Assembly: GCA_040772485.1 (NCBI GenBank)
Contig: JAXGYC010000007.1
Span: 544,001-608,000 of the forward strand
Reading direction: 5' to 3'
DNA: 64,000 bases
From: Sedimentisphaerales bacterium
GTDB lineage: Bacteria > Planctomycetota > Phycisphaerae > Sedimentisphaerales > Anaerobacaceae
The notes below the pieces were generated by a model, which had not been told where the DNA came from, did no database searches, and was given only the letters and a program-made list of their open reading frames with translations. The position numbers were made by a program, and so were the translations under genes. Below are positions 48,449 through 57,062 of the stretch, piece after piece. Each line of letters starts with the position of its first letter. Position 1 is the first letter of the stretch.

Positions 48449-51400
48449 TCAGTGGGTGCAGGCGGGTCCTTCGATGGGGTCGCCGAAGCCGTAGAAGCGA
48501 ATCGCCGGCGGAGTGTCCTCCCACTCGGTGGGCCGGCATTCGCGGGCACCGGTGGTGAAATAGATCAGGCGGATGTCCCTGGCCTTCAGCTCGTCCAGAA
48601 TCTGCGGCGAGATGCCGGGCTCCAGGGCGGGCTCGAAAAGGAAGTTCTTCGGGCACAGGTGCGACCCGCCGCCGACGCTTTGCGAGAAGAAACCCCTCAG
48701 CTCGATAGGCTCGCTCGTCAGGCCCTCGATCCGCGTTCGCTCGATCTGAATCGAGGTCGGAGACGATGGGTCCCAGCTCCATCGCATGTAGAACTCCACG
48801 TGGACGCAGACACCCGTGTTGGGGTCGTCCAGCTCGCACACGTCGAGCCAATCCTGCTCGCCCGGCTCCCAGGGGCGGTACAGCGTCGCCTCCTCCGTGG
48901 TCGCCAGTGCGTTCTCTCCCATCGGCACAGGCTGGTCATAGTCGACCTCGACCGCCAGCCGCACGTCGTCAATCGTGACGATCGGGTCGGACACGGTCTC
49001 GGCAAACGCCGGCGTCGTGCGAAGGCGAAACGTTCGCGGGTTGCACGAACCGTCCAGCCGCCAGGAGTCGACGAGGTCGTACCGGTCGGAATCCCACTGA
49101 GGCGCCTCGTACTCGTGCGTCGCGCCGGGCAATAGCGACATCGGCCCGGTGACCTCTTGCACGCGTCCGTCCGCGACGTACTCGATCTGCGCCTGATCGT
49201 AGAGGCATCGGTGCAGATTGTCGTCGTCGAGCCAGACGCTTGCCGGCGTCAGCGTCCATCGCGACTTGAGCCGGTGGTTGGTGAAGACATCGCTGCCCCT
49301 GCCCTGCAAGGTGCAGTACCGCCTGGCCTGGCCCAGCAGGAAGGGCGTGGTGTACTCGTCCTCGCCGGCTTGCGGAATCTCGCGAATCTGTTTGACGATG
49401 AGCCGGCCGCCGGGAGAGACCTTCTTGAACTCCAGGTCGAGCACGGGGCTGTCGGCGGGCTTGATCTGGCAGTACCTCTGGGCCGCCGCGACTACCAGCT
49501 CATACAAGCGGAGGTAATCGCTCTCCCATTCGAGAACGGTGTCGTCGCGAAGCGAGACCAGACTCGACCGCTGCACCACCCGGGGCATCGGTCCCATGAA
49601 CGACATACTGACCTGCACCGTCTCCGGCACGACGTCCGCCGGCGGGTTCGTCACGGAAACTGCCCCCTTCTGAGAGACGATCTCGATCTCCCAGTCCGCA
49701 TCGCGGACTCGCTCCATGGTCACGACGCCATTGGCCAGCTCGATCTCGTCGGGGAACGAGCCATGCACGAGCAGCGCCATGCCCACCTGCGACTCGTCGA
49801 TCTGATGCTTGAGCCGCTCCAGGAAAGCGTTGTCGTTGTAGAAGCTGGCGAAAACCTTGCGAATGGCACGAAAAACGCCGCGTTCCTTGCCCTCAGTCGG
49901 GTCGCACGCGCATGGGCCGCCCGAGTCGCCATCCAGATCATCGGCCAGGCATCCGCTGAAGCTGTCGTACAATCCCGCGCCGGTGAACCGGTCGCTATCC
50001 TCGACGTTCGTCGAGCTGCGGAAGCGAATCTTCTGATTCGGATCGAAACCGAACTCGCCCAGCGCGTCCAAAACGACCGTCTCCAGGTCGTCGCCGAACG
50101 AGGTGATGTGCGAATCGGTGAACCAGTCGCGAATCGTCGCCAGGTCCGCCGACAGAGCCTGCATGTCCGAGGGAGGGTATGTCACGTACTTCGACTGGCG
50201 CTGGGCGATCTGGTCGCGAAGCGTCGCGTCGAGCGCGGGACGGTCGAGAAACGCGTTCCACAGGTCGAAGGAGAAGGCCATCGCACGAGGCGAATCGTCC
50301 GGGATCGCATCGCGGAGTACGCCGAAGTTGGCGGCCTTGCCTCCGAAGCCCTCGATACTCTCCGGCCGCAAGTCGTTCGTATCCGCCCAGAAGCGTCCCT
50401 GATGGACCATCGGACGAATCGTCAGCGGAGGCGACTGTTTCAGAGCCAGCAGCGACGCACGATCCTCCGGACTGAGCGAACCGACGTCGAGCAGCTCGAT
50501 CCCGCTGCCCGAGCCGAACCGGTCCTCGGCCACGCTCAGGTAGACCGTGTGGCCCACCAGGCTTCGCGCCAGGGTGACATCGTCTGCGAGTGCCAGATGC
50601 ACGAACGGCACAGCCTGCGAACGGGCCAGGATCGCAACGTGCGAGTTGGGCGTTGCGGGCATCAGCGTAATGATGCCGCCTACCGAAGGCACCTCGGCGG
50701 GCACCCCATCTGTCAGGAGGATATCGTCGCACGTCAGGAGCCCGCGCGTGTACGCCGCCTGAATGTCCGACCCAACGACAGACTTCAACATCCCCAGCGA
50801 CCAGCCTTCGGAGTAGCTCGTGTTGCCCTGGGTCCATCGCGCCGTCGAGCCGACGGGAACACCCTGCTCCTGGAGCCACTGACGGTTCTGCTCGGCGACC
50901 GGATACTGTTCGTAGGTCGGGAAGTAGTACGCCGTGACGTTCGGCTCGGCGATCACCGAAGCACGCACCACGCTGAAGAGCCTCACGACCTCCTCGCGCG
51001 AGTACGCATCCTGACGCACGAGCTGAATTCCATACTCATTGATGGCCGGGCTTGCCCAGGGAGGGAGGATTACGGCGCCGAGGATGGCCTGCTGACCGCT
51101 CGCGTGCAGCGTCACCGCGTCGAACTGCTCGATCGTCATGCGCGCGAATGGATCGAGGCAGTCCACCGCGAAATCGTAGTGGTACTCATACTGCCCCGAA
51201 TCCTGGTAGTAGACGACGTTCGGATCGAAACCTTCGGCGATGACGATGGTGAACTTGACGTAGGCGGGAGAGGTCCAGCTCTGGAACGGCTCGTCCGGAA
51301 ATTGGATCTGGTTCTTCCAGGCGACTTCCGGATCGCCCGCGCCCGCGAGGACTGCCGCCGAAACCACCAGCACGCACAACAGCACAGGCAAACACCGATA

Positions 51401-51466
51401 CACCGGCACTACCCCTACAGACTCGCTTGAATCTCGACTCGCCCTCCGTGAGCACACTTTGATCAC
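48449..51466 (-). CDS. Probably secreted PEP/pyruvate-binding-domain dikinase-like protein (phospho-His domain followed by ATP-grasp)
   Basis: Hydrophobic leader (LPVLLCVLVVSAAVLA), NSHVAILARS, GGKAANFG, RFRSSTNVED..FTGAGLYDS, ANGV, DLEFK, VKQIR. The true start may be about 51403-51409. Confidence 0.82.
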   Translation of the reverse strand: MIKVCSRRASRDSSESVGVVPVYRCLPVLLCVLVVSAAVLAGAGDPEVAWKNQIQFPDEPFQSWTSPAYVKFTIVIAEGFDPNVVYYQDSGQYEYHYDFAVDCLDPFARMTIEQFDAVTLHASGQQAILGAVILPPWASPAINEYGIQLVRQDAYSREEVVRLFSVVRASVIAEPNVTAYYFPTYEQYPVAEQNRQWLQEQGVPVGSTARWTQGNTSYSEGWSLGMLKSVVGSDIQAAYTRGLLTCDDILLTDGVPAEVPSVGGIITLMPATPNSHVAILARSQAVPFVHLALADDVTLARSLVGHTVYLSVAEDRFGSGSGIELLDVGSLSPEDRASLLALKQSPPLTIRPMVHQGRFWADTNDLRPESIEGFGGKAANFGVLRDAIPDDSPRAMAFSFDLWNAFLDRPALDATLRDQIAQRQSKYVTYPPSDMQALSADLATIRDWFTDSHITSFGDDLETVVLDALGEFGFDPNQKIRFRSSTNVEDSDRFTGAGLYDSFSGCLADDLDGDSGGPCACDPTEGKERGVFRAIRKVFASFYNDNAFLERLKHQIDESQVGMALLVHGSFPDEIELANGVVTMERVRDADWEIEIVSQKGAVSVTNPPADVVPETVQVSMSFMGPMPRVVQRSSLVSLRDDTVLEWESDYLRLYELVVAAAQRYCQIKPADSPVLDLEFKKVSPGGRLIVKQIREIPQAGEDEYTTPFLLGQARRYCTLQGRGSDVFTNHRLKSRWTLTPASVWLDDDNLHRCLYDQAQIEYVADGRVQEVTGPMSLLPGATHEYEAPQWDSDRYDLVDSWRLDGSCNPRTFRLRTTPAFAETVSDPIVTIDDVRLAVEVDYDQPVPMGENALATTEEATLYRPWEPGEQDWLDVCELDDPNTGVCVHVEFYMRWSWDPSSPTSIQIERTRIEGLTSEPIELRGFFSQSVGGGSHLCPKNFLFEPALEPGISPQILDELKARDIRLIYFTTGARECRPTEWEDTPPAIRFYGFGDPIEGPACTH

Positions 51467-51472
51467 ACCGCC

Positions 51473-51501
51473 ATTATATCCGGAAAGCCGCGTTTATTCA
51501 A
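51473..51501 (-). promoter_or_regulatory. Near-consensus sigma70 promoter
   Basis: Minus strand TTGAAT-N17-TATAAT directly upstream of the dikinase-like gene. Confidence 0.65.
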
Positions 51502-51552
51502 TGCCTGACGGCGACGGCGTGATAGACAGACTTCGCGCGGACGAGGGGTTCG

Positions 51553-52776
51553 TCACTCGGGCAGGTGATGCCGTTGAAGCCAGTCGGCGGCCCACTGCTC
51601 GGCCTGTTGCCTGCTGTCGAGGCGGTCTTCGAGCTGAGCGATGTAAAGCTCTTCGGCCAGTTGTCCCACCTGCGGGCCGGGCCGGGCGCCCAGACGGATC
51701 AAATCGTGCCCGTTCAGCAGCGGTTTCGGCTTGACGTCAACGCCGCGAAGGGCCTGGACGCGGCGGTGCAGCTTCGCCAGCGCCGCCAGTGCCGCAGCGT
51801 TTCCGGCGGCCTTCTGCGTGGCCCGCTCCAGCTCGTAAAGATCCCAGAAGCAAGGCTCGGCCAGCAGCTTCTTGAGCGACGCCAGAGCCATCTCGTGATC
51901 CAGGAGCCGGCCTCGATGGGTCAGGAGGAAGCGGAGGTGTCCGGTCCGTTGGCGGCTGAGTTTGAGCACATGGCACAGCCGAAGCGCTGTCTCGGCCGGA
52001 CAGCCCGAGAAGAACGCCGCCAGCGCCAGCGCGAAATCCACACGTCTGCGAAGCAGTTCCAGAACCGCGGGCGCCTGCTGCGTCTTTTCGTCGGGCAGCG
52101 CGGGAAAGATCCGCTCGGCCAGGCCGCTCGCCCGCAGCATTGAGGCGCCGGCGCCGCGATTAGGGTGTACCAGCATCGCCTCCAGCTCGGCGGCAATCCG
52201 CTCGCCGCTGATTCTGTTGATGTGTTGCGCGTTGCGGCCGATCGCGGCGAATGTCTGGGGCTCGATCGCGAAGTCGAGCTGCGTCGAGAAACGAATCGCA
52301 CGGAGCATCCGCAGATAGTCCTCGCCGAACCGCTCGTCGGGATCGCCGATGGTCCGCACGATCCGCCGCTTCAGGTCGGCCTGGCCGTCGACGTAGTCGA
52401 TGACCTTCTCTTCGAGCGGATCGTAGAACATGCCGTTGATCGTGAAGTCCCGCCGGGCAGCGTCGCTGGCCGCGTCCGTGAACGCGACGCGGTCGGGATG
52501 ACGCCCGTCCTCATAGCCGGTCTCGGAGCGAAACGTCGCCACCTCCACCTGCGCGCACCGCGCCAGAACGATGACCACGCCGAACTGGGCGCCCACCTTC
52601 AGGGTGCGGGGAAACAGCGCCATCACCTGCTCCGGGCGCGCGTCCGTCGCCACGTCGTAATCCTTGGGCCGGCGGCCCAGCAGCATGTCACGCACGCACC
52701 CGCCCGCTAACAACGCGCAAAAACCCTCCGCCCGCAGCCGCTGAACGATGGTGATGGCCGCCCGTCTATTCGTCAT
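51553..52776 (-). CDS. cca: Class II tRNA nucleotidyltransferase (CCA-adding)
   Basis: GGCVRD.LLG...DYDVAT, EVATFR, RRDFTING, EDYLRMLRA.RF, SGERI. No HD domain seen. Confidence 0.88.
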   Translation of the reverse strand: MTNRRAAITIVQRLRAEGFCALLAGGCVRDMLLGRRPKDYDVATDARPEQVMALFPRTLKVGAQFGVVIVLARCAQVEVATFRSETGYEDGRHPDRVAFTDAASDAARRDFTINGMFYDPLEEKVIDYVDGQADLKRRIVRTIGDPDERFGEDYLRMLRAIRFSTQLDFAIEPQTFAAIGRNAQHINRISGERIAAELEAMLVHPNRGAGASMLRASGLAERIFPALPDEKTQQAPAVLELLRRRVDFALALAAFFSGCPAETALRLCHVLKLSRQRTGHLRFLLTHRGRLLDHEMALASLKKLLAEPCFWDLYELERATQKAAGNAAALAALAKLHRRVQALRGVDVKPKPLLNGHDLIRLGARPGPQVGQLAEELYIAQLEDRLDSRQQAEQWAADWLQRHHLPE

Positions 52777-53350
52777 GGCCTCGCACCTGGTACAGGACGA
52801 TGGACATGCTGCCCCAGTTCCGCGTGTCGATCGCCGTGAACGGACCGTAGCTCTCGGGCAGCGTCACGCCCGCCTCCGTCCGCACAACCACGACTCCCTT
52901 CTCGACCACCTGGCCGGCGAGCACCTCGAACAACTGCGCCAACAGCGAGCCGGCGCCGACCTCGCGCGTCCGCGCATAGGGCGGATCGACGAAGACCAGA
53001 TCATACCCCGGCCCGGCCGCCTCCAGCGGCGCCCCGCAGCGGAAGGCGTTGGCGCGAACCACGCGAGTCCGGGCCACGAAGCCGGCCTTGGCGATATTCT
53101 TTTCGAGGTAAGCCGCGATCTTCGGGTCCTGTTCGACGAACGTCACGAATGCCGCATCCCTGCTCAGGGCCTCCAGCCCGAGCGAGCCGACGCCGCTGAA
53201 CAGGTCCGCAACCCGCTGATCGATCAGCAGGCCGTAGTTGTTCAGGATGTTGAACAGCGACTCCTTGACCCGGTCGGTGATCGGGCGCGTGTCCTGCGTC
53301 TTCGGACACAGAAGGTGCATTCCGCGTTTGGCGCCTGCGATGATTCTCAT
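52766..53350 (-). CDS. rsmD: 16S rRNA m2G966 methyltransferase
   Basis: MRIIAG, RP.TDRVKESLFN, DLFSG.GSLGLEALSR, FVDPPY. Confidence 0.95.
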   Translation of the reverse strand: MRIIAGAKRGMHLLCPKTQDTRPITDRVKESLFNILNNYGLLIDQRVADLFSGVGSLGLEALSRDAAFVTFVEQDPKIAAYLEKNIAKAGFVARTRVVRANAFRCGAPLEAAGPGYDLVFVDPPYARTREVGAGSLLAQLFEVLAGQVVEKGVVVVRTEAGVTLPESYGPFTAIDTRNWGSMSIVLYQVRGHDE

Positions 53351-53375
53351 ACCGATCCGCCCAGCCATGGGTAAA

Positions 53376-53530
53376 GAAAACTCGAAATCCGAAGCACGAA
53401 GTCCGAAATTCGAGGTAAGGGCGAGGCATGCCTCGCCCCTGCGTGCGCCCTTCGGACGGTTCGTTTTGAATTTGGGATCTTGGCCATTCGTGTTTGTTTC
53501 GGATTTCGTGCTTCGAATTTCGGATTTCTC
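53376..53530. repeat. Heptamer inverted-array element, third family (CGAAATC/GATTTCG), containing a family A-like REP at 53415-53442
   Basis: CGAAATCCGAAGCACGAAGTCCGAAATTCG ... TTTCGGATTTCGTGCTTCGAATTTCGGATTTC. Confidence 0.85.
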
Positions 53531-53640
53531 CTCCGGCAGGTCGAGGAGTCGGTTCCAGACGAACGCAACGATTCTATCAACCGGCGCGAACTCCGTCTAT
53601 CGCAAACCCTCGGCCGCCCCTTTCGGCCGGCAGGACGCGC

Positions 53641-53649
53641 TGTTACAAT
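53641..53649 (+). promoter_or_regulatory. Putative extended -10 element
   Basis: TGTTACAAT (TGn-TACAAT) about 70 bp upstream of the GH95 start. Confidence 0.35.
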
Positions 53650-53719
53650 CACAGACCAGTCGTCCCAACATGGGGCAAGTCCGGTGACCGACACGCGGCA
53701 GGAAAGTGAGGACGAAGGT

Positions 53720-56029
53720 ATGAACGGAACAGACTCGACGACGGCGGCGCTATTCCTCTTCCTGGCGCTGGGGACAGCCAACGCTCCGGCGGCTCCCAGG
53801 CCCGAGCATGGGCTGCACTACGACCGTCCGGCGACGACTTGGGATGAGGCGATGCCTCTGGGCAACGGACTGCTCGGCGCGCTGGTCTGGGGCGACGGAG
53901 CTCCGCTGCGAATCTCACTGGACCGAACCGACCTGTGGGACCTGCGTCCCGTTCCCGAGTTCCACAGCGAGGACTACTCGTACGCGAAGATGCGCCAGTG
54001 GGTGCGAGAGGGTCGCATCGACGACCTGCACCGCTTGTACGACGATCCTTACGGCAACGCGGGCCCGACGAAGATCCCCGCCGGACGGATCGAATTGACG
54101 CTTGGCGGAGAAACGAGCTTCCAGAGCGCATCACTGGACCTGGCCAAAGCTATCGCGGTCGTGCGTCTTGCCGATGGAAGGACTGCCGAGGTCTTCGTCC
54201 ACGCCACCGAACCGTTTGGCATGGTTCGTCTCAGCGGCGCGGCGCCGCAGAAGGTGACGCTGTTGCCACCGCCGTTCTCGGGCGAGATCACCGAAGAGGC
54301 CGGGGCAGGCAAGATCAGCGCCGGCGATCTGGCTACCCTGCGATATGAGCCGCCCCAAATCCACGAAGCCGAAGGATGGACCGGGTACGCCCAGAAAGGC
54401 TGGGGTGGATTCCGCTTTGCCGTCGGGCTCGCCTGGCGGCAGACTGACGAAGGCTGGCTGGGGGTCTGGTCGGTCGCCACGTCAGGTGAATCGAGCGATC
54501 CACTGGCTCAGGCCCACGTGATCTGCGACAAGGCCCTCCGGCAAGGCTTTGAGAAAACCCTCACACAGCACGCCCGCTGGTGGCAGACCTACTGGGACGG
54601 CGCCTCGGTGAGCGTGCCGAATCCGATTATCGAACGCCAGTGGTATCTGGAAACCTACAAGTTCGGCGCCGCCGCCCGGTCAGACACGCCCCCCATCACC
54701 CTCCAGGGTCCGTGGACCGCCGACGATCGCAGGATCCCGCCGTGGAAAGGCGACTATCACCACGACTTGAACACCGAGCTGTCATACTGGCCCGCCTACA
54801 GCGGCAACCGGCTCGACGGCGCCGAAGGATTCGTCAGGTGGCTGTGGGACACGAGGCCGACGGCGGAGGCCTGGACGAAACGCTTCTTCGACCTGCCCGG
54901 CCTGAACGTCCCGATGACCGCCGACCTGAACCAGGAGCAGATCGGAGGCTGGCATCAATACACGCACTCGGCGACCACCGGCGCCTGGCTGGCTCATCAC
55001 TTCTACCTCCACTGGCGGTACAGTATGGACCGCGAGTTCCTGCGCGACCGCGCTTACCCGTGGCTGCGCGACGTCTCCGTCTTCCTCGAAGCGATCACGG
55101 AGAAAGGCCCGGACGGCAAGCGAACGCTGCCCCTGAGCTCATCGCCTGAGATCAACGACAACCGTATCGACGCCTGGTTCGGCACGATCACGAACTACGA
55201 CCTGGCGCTGATTCGCTGGAACTTCGAGAAGACGGCGGAACTGGCCGACGAACTGGGCCACCGGCCGGAAGCAAGTCGGTGGCGCGCCGTCCTGACCGAG
55301 CTGCCGGAGATGGCGCTGGACCCGAACAACCACAAGCTGCTGGTGGCCAGGGACTATCCCCTGCCCGGTTCGCACCGGCACTTCTCGCACCTGATGGCGA
55401 TCCATCCGCTCGGGCTGATTCGCTGGGAGAACGGCGCACACGATCGCGCGATCATCGAAGCGTCGCTGGCAGAGCTGGAGGAGAAAGGCTCGACCTGGTG
55501 GACCGGGTACAGCTTCAGTTGGCTGGCGAACCTGGCGGCCCGCGCCCGCGACGGCGCAGCGGCCGAACGCGCCCTGGAGATCTTCTCGACCGCGTTCTGC
55601 CTGCGGAGCAGCTTCCACTGCAACGGCGACCAGACAGACAAGGGCTACAGCAATTTCCGCTACCGGCCGTTTACGCTCGAAGGCAACTTCGCGGCCGCCG
55701 CCGGCCTGCAGGAGATGCTCCTGCAGAGCTACAGCGGAACGATTCGCCTCTTCCCCGCCATTCCCGACGCGTGGCACGACGCTTCATTCGAGAAGCTGCG
55801 TGCGGAGGGGGCTTTTGTGGTTTCGGCCGAGCGCCGGGCCAGCCGCCTCACGTTCGTCGAGATTCGTGCAGAAGCCGGCGGCACGTGCCGATTGGAGAAC
55901 CCGTTCGGCGGCGCGGCATACAGTGTCGAAGGGCTGCACGAAGGCGACATCCGCAAGACAGGAACCGACCTGATCTTCACACTGGCGCCGGGCCGCTCGA
56001 TCCGACTGACCCGAGAAACCAGGCGCTGA
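53720..56029 (+). CDS. Secreted GH95 alpha-L-fucosidase-like glycosidase
   Basis: PA..W.EAMPLGNG.LGA, LQG.W, W.GDYH..LN...YW, SSSPE, HRHFSHL, PF..EGNF....G..EMLLQS, LRAEG.F.VS. Confidence 0.92.
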   Translation: MNGTDSTTAALFLFLALGTANAPAAPRPEHGLHYDRPATTWDEAMPLGNGLLGALVWGDGAPLRISLDRTDLWDLRPVPEFHSEDYSYAKMRQWVREGRIDDLHRLYDDPYGNAGPTKIPAGRIELTLGGETSFQSASLDLAKAIAVVRLADGRTAEVFVHATEPFGMVRLSGAAPQKVTLLPPPFSGEITEEAGAGKISAGDLATLRYEPPQIHEAEGWTGYAQKGWGGFRFAVGLAWRQTDEGWLGVWSVATSGESSDPLAQAHVICDKALRQGFEKTLTQHARWWQTYWDGASVSVPNPIIERQWYLETYKFGAAARSDTPPITLQGPWTADDRRIPPWKGDYHHDLNTELSYWPAYSGNRLDGAEGFVRWLWDTRPTAEAWTKRFFDLPGLNVPMTADLNQEQIGGWHQYTHSATTGAWLAHHFYLHWRYSMDREFLRDRAYPWLRDVSVFLEAITEKGPDGKRTLPLSSSPEINDNRIDAWFGTITNYDLALIRWNFEKTAELADELGHRPEASRWRAVLTELPEMALDPNNHKLLVARDYPLPGSHRHFSHLMAIHPLGLIRWENGAHDRAIIEASLAELEEKGSTWWTGYSFSWLANLAARARDGAAAERALEIFSTAFCLRSSFHCNGDQTDKGYSNFRYRPFTLEGNFAAAAGLQEMLLQSYSGTIRLFPAIPDAWHDASFEKLRAEGAFVVSAERRASRLTFVEIRAEAGGTCRLENPFGGAAYSVEGLHEGDIRKTGTDLIFTLAPGRSIRLTRETRR

Positions 56030-56377
56030 CCGCCGGACCTCGCAGCAAGACAGGGAATGCGAAGGGCTGTGCCTTGTCTCGTGCGGCAGGCAGACACTGC
56101 CACGGAAACGGCGTTATCCTCTCACGATGCTCCCTCATCGCGAGAGGGCCGCCGCCTGGAATCACCTGCCTTCCAGCGTGCTTATCCCCTCAGTGCCATC
56201 CGTGGCGTTTTCGACCTGCGTGCGTGTCGCCTCGGCGACATCCGACACGAGCGGCCGACACAAACCGACACACAGGTCCCTCCTCCGTGGCACCGCGGCC
56301 TGCCCCGGCAAGACCGCGCCACACGACTGTTTCATCCGCGCGCACCATCCCGGATGCGGCCTTCTACCGTCCGGCCC

Positions 56378-56581
56378 CTACCCAATTCTGGCCGGCACCT
56401 TCTCGAACCAGCGTTCCTCGCACTCCGGGCCGTCGCATTCATACCACAGGTACACAGACCCTCTCCTGGCGATGCGGTCCACTTCGTGCAGCGTGCGCCC
56501 GCACTTTGGACACAGCGGCAGCCGATGGACGGACGTAAGGCGGATGCTCACAGGATCCAAACACGTGGTGCTCATGTCCAT
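56378..56581 (-). CDS. Zinc-ribbon microprotein
   Basis: CPKCG...WYECDGPEC, GAGGG RBS. Start is 56581 or 56575. Confidence 0.6.
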   Translation of the reverse strand: MDMSTTCLDPVSIRLTSVHRLPLCPKCGRTLHEVDRIARRGSVYLWYECDGPECEERWFEKVPARIG

Positions 56582-56991
56582 ACCCTCTGACCCGGTCGCC
56601 CTCCTGTCGGCCGGCATACCTGAAAACCACGTCGTATGTTAACGCGCTACAGCGGACTACTGCCTAAGGAAAACACTCCATATGCCATAGGCAATCCGCC
56701 TACGCGGCTCCGGAAGCGTCCCGAGAATTCGATCGGACACATCCAGAGCAGGATATCCGTCCTGATCGGGGCGCAGCCTACAATTCAGATAAGATACGTT
56801 CACCCGCACGGTCCGGTTCTCCGGCGTGTGCGATGATCCGGACCGGGGACGAGTACAGGGCATGCCGAGACGCCTCTTGTTCAGACCACAGATCATGCCA
56901 GGACAGAGTTCCCGGCGTCGCAATCGGCGGTATGACTGGACACACTTTGATAGATGGCGAAACCAGGAATCGGCTCGTCCACAGCGCAGGC

Positions 56992-57032
56992 AAAAAGAAA
57001 ACCGGAGGGCGCCCCCCAGCGACACCCTCCGG
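56992..57032 (-). terminator. Intrinsic terminator
   Basis: Minus strand CCGGAGGGTGTC..GGCGCCCTCCGG-TTTTCTTTTT, about 30 bp after the PPC gene stop. Confidence 0.8.
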
Positions 57033-57062
57033 CCATGGGTCAGACCCTTACCGCAGGTCGTT

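Noticed and set aside
51553..52776. Poly(A) polymerase PcnB
   Set aside because: LKVGAQFGVVIV does not match the G(R/K)(R/K)F PAP signature.
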